A DNA stretch of 64,000 nt, taken from positions 61,185 through 125,184 of the forward strand of contig NW_004797812.1 in assembly GCF_000002075.1 (NCBI RefSeq), read 5' to 3'. Position 1 is the first letter of the stretch. Each line of letters opens with the position of its first letter. The notes beneath the pieces were generated by a model. That model had not been told where the DNA came from. It worked only from the letters and a program-made list of their open reading frames with translations, and ran no database searches. A program made the translations under genes and the position numbers. This DNA comes from Aplysia californica. Taxonomy: Eukaryota. Shown here piece after piece: positions 61,458-64,000 of this stretch.

Positions 61458-62103
61458 TTCCTGTGTGTAAGTATGTGTTTGTATNNNNNNNNNNNNNNNN
61501 NNNNNNNNNNNNNNNNNNNNNNNNNNNNNNNNNNNNNNNNNNNNNNNNNNNNNNNNNNNNNNNNNNNNNNNNNNNNNNNNNNNNNNNNNNNNNNNNNNNN
61601 NNNNNNNNNNNNNNNNNNNNNNNNNNNNNNNNNNNNNNNNNNNNNNNNNNNNNNNNNNNNNNNNNNNNNNNNNNNCATTGCCCTTTTTTGACCCGTGAAC
61701 GTACAGATACCTCTAGAATGCGGGAAGACTCACCACGAATTTCTACGGGCGTTCCTTTCTACTAAATGTAGCCGTTCTATGCCGCCATAGTCACAATCTA
61801 GATCATTTAGGGGACGTGCTTCGACCCTGAAAGTAAGAGTCAAGCTTTGCTTACAGGGATACAATTTTACTACTTAAATACGGAGATATTAACTTTAACA
61901 AATTCTCCACACATGGCAGCATAATCGAACCCGAGTCTTCTGAGTGCGACGTTGATGCGCTTCACCGCTACACAACAGACACCCCAAGAGAGTGGATCAG
62001 ACGCGAGGTGGGTTCGCACAGGTGGTACTGTATTTCTCCACACTCTCGTAAATTATGCTGAGACCGCACGAGCTTTAGAGCAGGACACCGGTACCATTCA
62101 TAA

Positions 62104-64000
62104 CACTGGGCAACCAAATTTAACTTTTTTATTTGGCATGGAGCTTGAGAACTCATAATTTGTAGTAATTGGAAGTCGCTGAAACAAAAATTGACCTCGT
62201 TTTTACTCTAACACCTCACGTTTTTTTTTCTCTAAGTCATAACCATTTTTTTTCTCAGCATATACTTGAATCATCTTTAATAATAGTAAATGCCAGTTTG
62301 TTCATATCAAACAAACAACGCGTGAGACATCAAGGTTGAAAAAAAAAATCCATTCAGATAGATCATGCCAATCCTCAATTTCACAAATACAAGGATTACA
62401 ACAATAAAACAATTATGTACCAGGCAAGATATCCATGGCAGACACCTTCTTTTGCAGGATTGCTTGGAGTGCGTTGCTTTTGGACAGTCTCTTTGAATAC
62501 TTCAACAGTTATTTGCCATCGTGTTGGTGTCCTGTCGGCCTTGGTGACTCTATCCATAATCATAAAATCTTTATGAAATCTTTTATCTTGTTCATCACCA
62601 ACAGAACCAAAACTTTTAGGGAAATCATCTTAATGACTAATAAAATAAACCTTATTGTTCCTGTTGCAGCCTAACATTTTGACCATGTTCTAGAAATTTC
62701 TGCTTTTCTGTTGCCCAAAAGGTTTTTCCCCAAAGACAAAAACGGCTCCCAAGCTCTTATCTCTATGATGTTATGTCACTCATCCAGTCTTTGGCCAGCT
62801 TTCTGATTTGGGGCGCACCAAAATCACCAGCCTTTATTTTCTCTTAAGGGGGGGGGGGTGTCACCTGAAGGCTATCCCACTTATTACTACACCAAATTTT
62901 ACCAAATTTCACATATACAACAAGCATAGTAAGGAGTCTTAAAATCCCCAATCAAAATTTGAGAAAAATGTTTTTTTCCATGGATACGGCAGCCATACTG
63001 GATTTTGTTGACATGTCTTACGTAATGAATACGGCATTTATTGCTCATGGAAATTGATGGTCTTTTTTTTTTGCCTGCATGTTAACAAACATTAGATCTA
63101 AACCTTTTTCTGTTATTTTTTTCCTAAACGAATTACAAATGAATTTTTTCCTGAAGTAGCATTCAAGTTTGCAAAAAAATCCTTGAAAATCCACACCAAA
63201 ACACCACAAACAAAAATCTATTCGATACATCAAAAATTTAACCAAGAATCTTTAGTATTACATCTTCTCTTCATTCTGTGAAAATTTCACGAAGATCGGA
63301 TAAAAAATGGTGGAGTTATAAAAAAATAGAGAGAAAAGTCGTGTTTTGTGAAAACGGCCGATACAGAAAAATAAAATATTGACTTTATGAGGACATGATG
63401 GTGACGAACATGCCAGGTATTGGGAAAAATGCGGTTTTGGGGGATTCTTAATAAGATGAAATAGTTGTAGGAGAGGCTGAGGAAACAACTTATTTCCTCA
63501 AGTTTATGATATGAAGGGGAGCAAAGATTTTTCCCTCAAAACATGTGGTCCATATTCTTCTCTCCAACTGTTAGAGCTGTACTCACTGCCAAATCTTTTG
63601 TTCCCAGTGTTCTCTAAGCTGAGCCCAGTAACAAATAGGAATAGAGTTAAATGAACTTCCATTACAGCGCAACCCACACTTCAGACTTCTCTTTAACTGT
63701 TTAAGAAAAGTCTCCACTCATTAGAATTGTAGTCAGATATATCCAGTGTACATGATAAACCTGGTACGTCGTGACAGAAGAAACCGTCTTTGTTCCTTGT
63801 ATGTTGCAAAGTACTACAGTAATTATTTTGCTCGATTATGATGAAAGCATATTCAAATAATTTCTAAACAGTTTTTTTATTTTGATCTTGAACCCAAAGT
63901 TCTGACATACAATTTTGACTGACTAAAACAACTGGGATTTGAAGTCGACTGGTGTGATAAGCTTGATTTTTACCCTTAATCTTATGCACTACTTTTCCAA
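62104..64000 (-). mobile_element. Chapaev3-like (CMC superfamily) DNA transposon relic
   Basis: Terminus TAA|CACTGGGCAACCAAAT. Minus-strand motifs NEWRLFL...KRSLKC..CNG..FNSIPI, PLHI, EKIKAGDFGAPQIRKL, KNLLGNRKA, LGCN..KV.F, FP..FGSVGDEQDKRFHKD. Interrupted by the MITE at 62848. Confidence 0.75.
62848..63486 (+). mobile_element. Kolobok-like MITE, copy 3 (3'-truncated)
   Basis: TTAA at 62844-47 followed by poly-G. Collinear with copies 1 and 2 up to GAGAGGCTGAGGAA. The right TIR is missing. Confidence 0.88.

Overview
Repeat-rich, AT-rich eukaryotic genomic DNA with many N gaps next to microsatellites. It is most likely from a gastropod mollusc, inferred from the receptor family, the peptide sequence and the repeat content. 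Host coding content: (1) a short exon at 11371-11541 that the ORF track obscures, encoding KR-SCTLNLGFHCQTEEISNFADMYDFLSSPLSP-GKKR, an amidated, disulfide-ringed calcitonin-type neuropeptide; (2) three intact, intronless, paralogous rhodopsin-class 7TM receptors resembling the Aplysia chemosensory-receptor-A type (23208-24332 minus, 44515-45642 plus, 57836-58975 plus). The receptors arose by multi-kb segmental duplication, one inverted and one direct. The rest is layered transposon debris: RTE, L2 and RNase H-bearing LINEs; several tRNA-derived SINE families; TTAA/Kolobok-like, hAT-like and ATAT MITEs; and Tc1, piggyBac, hAT and Chapaev3 relics. Several insertions show clean target-site duplications (TSDs) and matching empty sites in the paralogous copy, so their order can be read directly. 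No CRISPR, rRNA or convincing tRNA gene was found. All family assignments are by motif recognition, without database searches.
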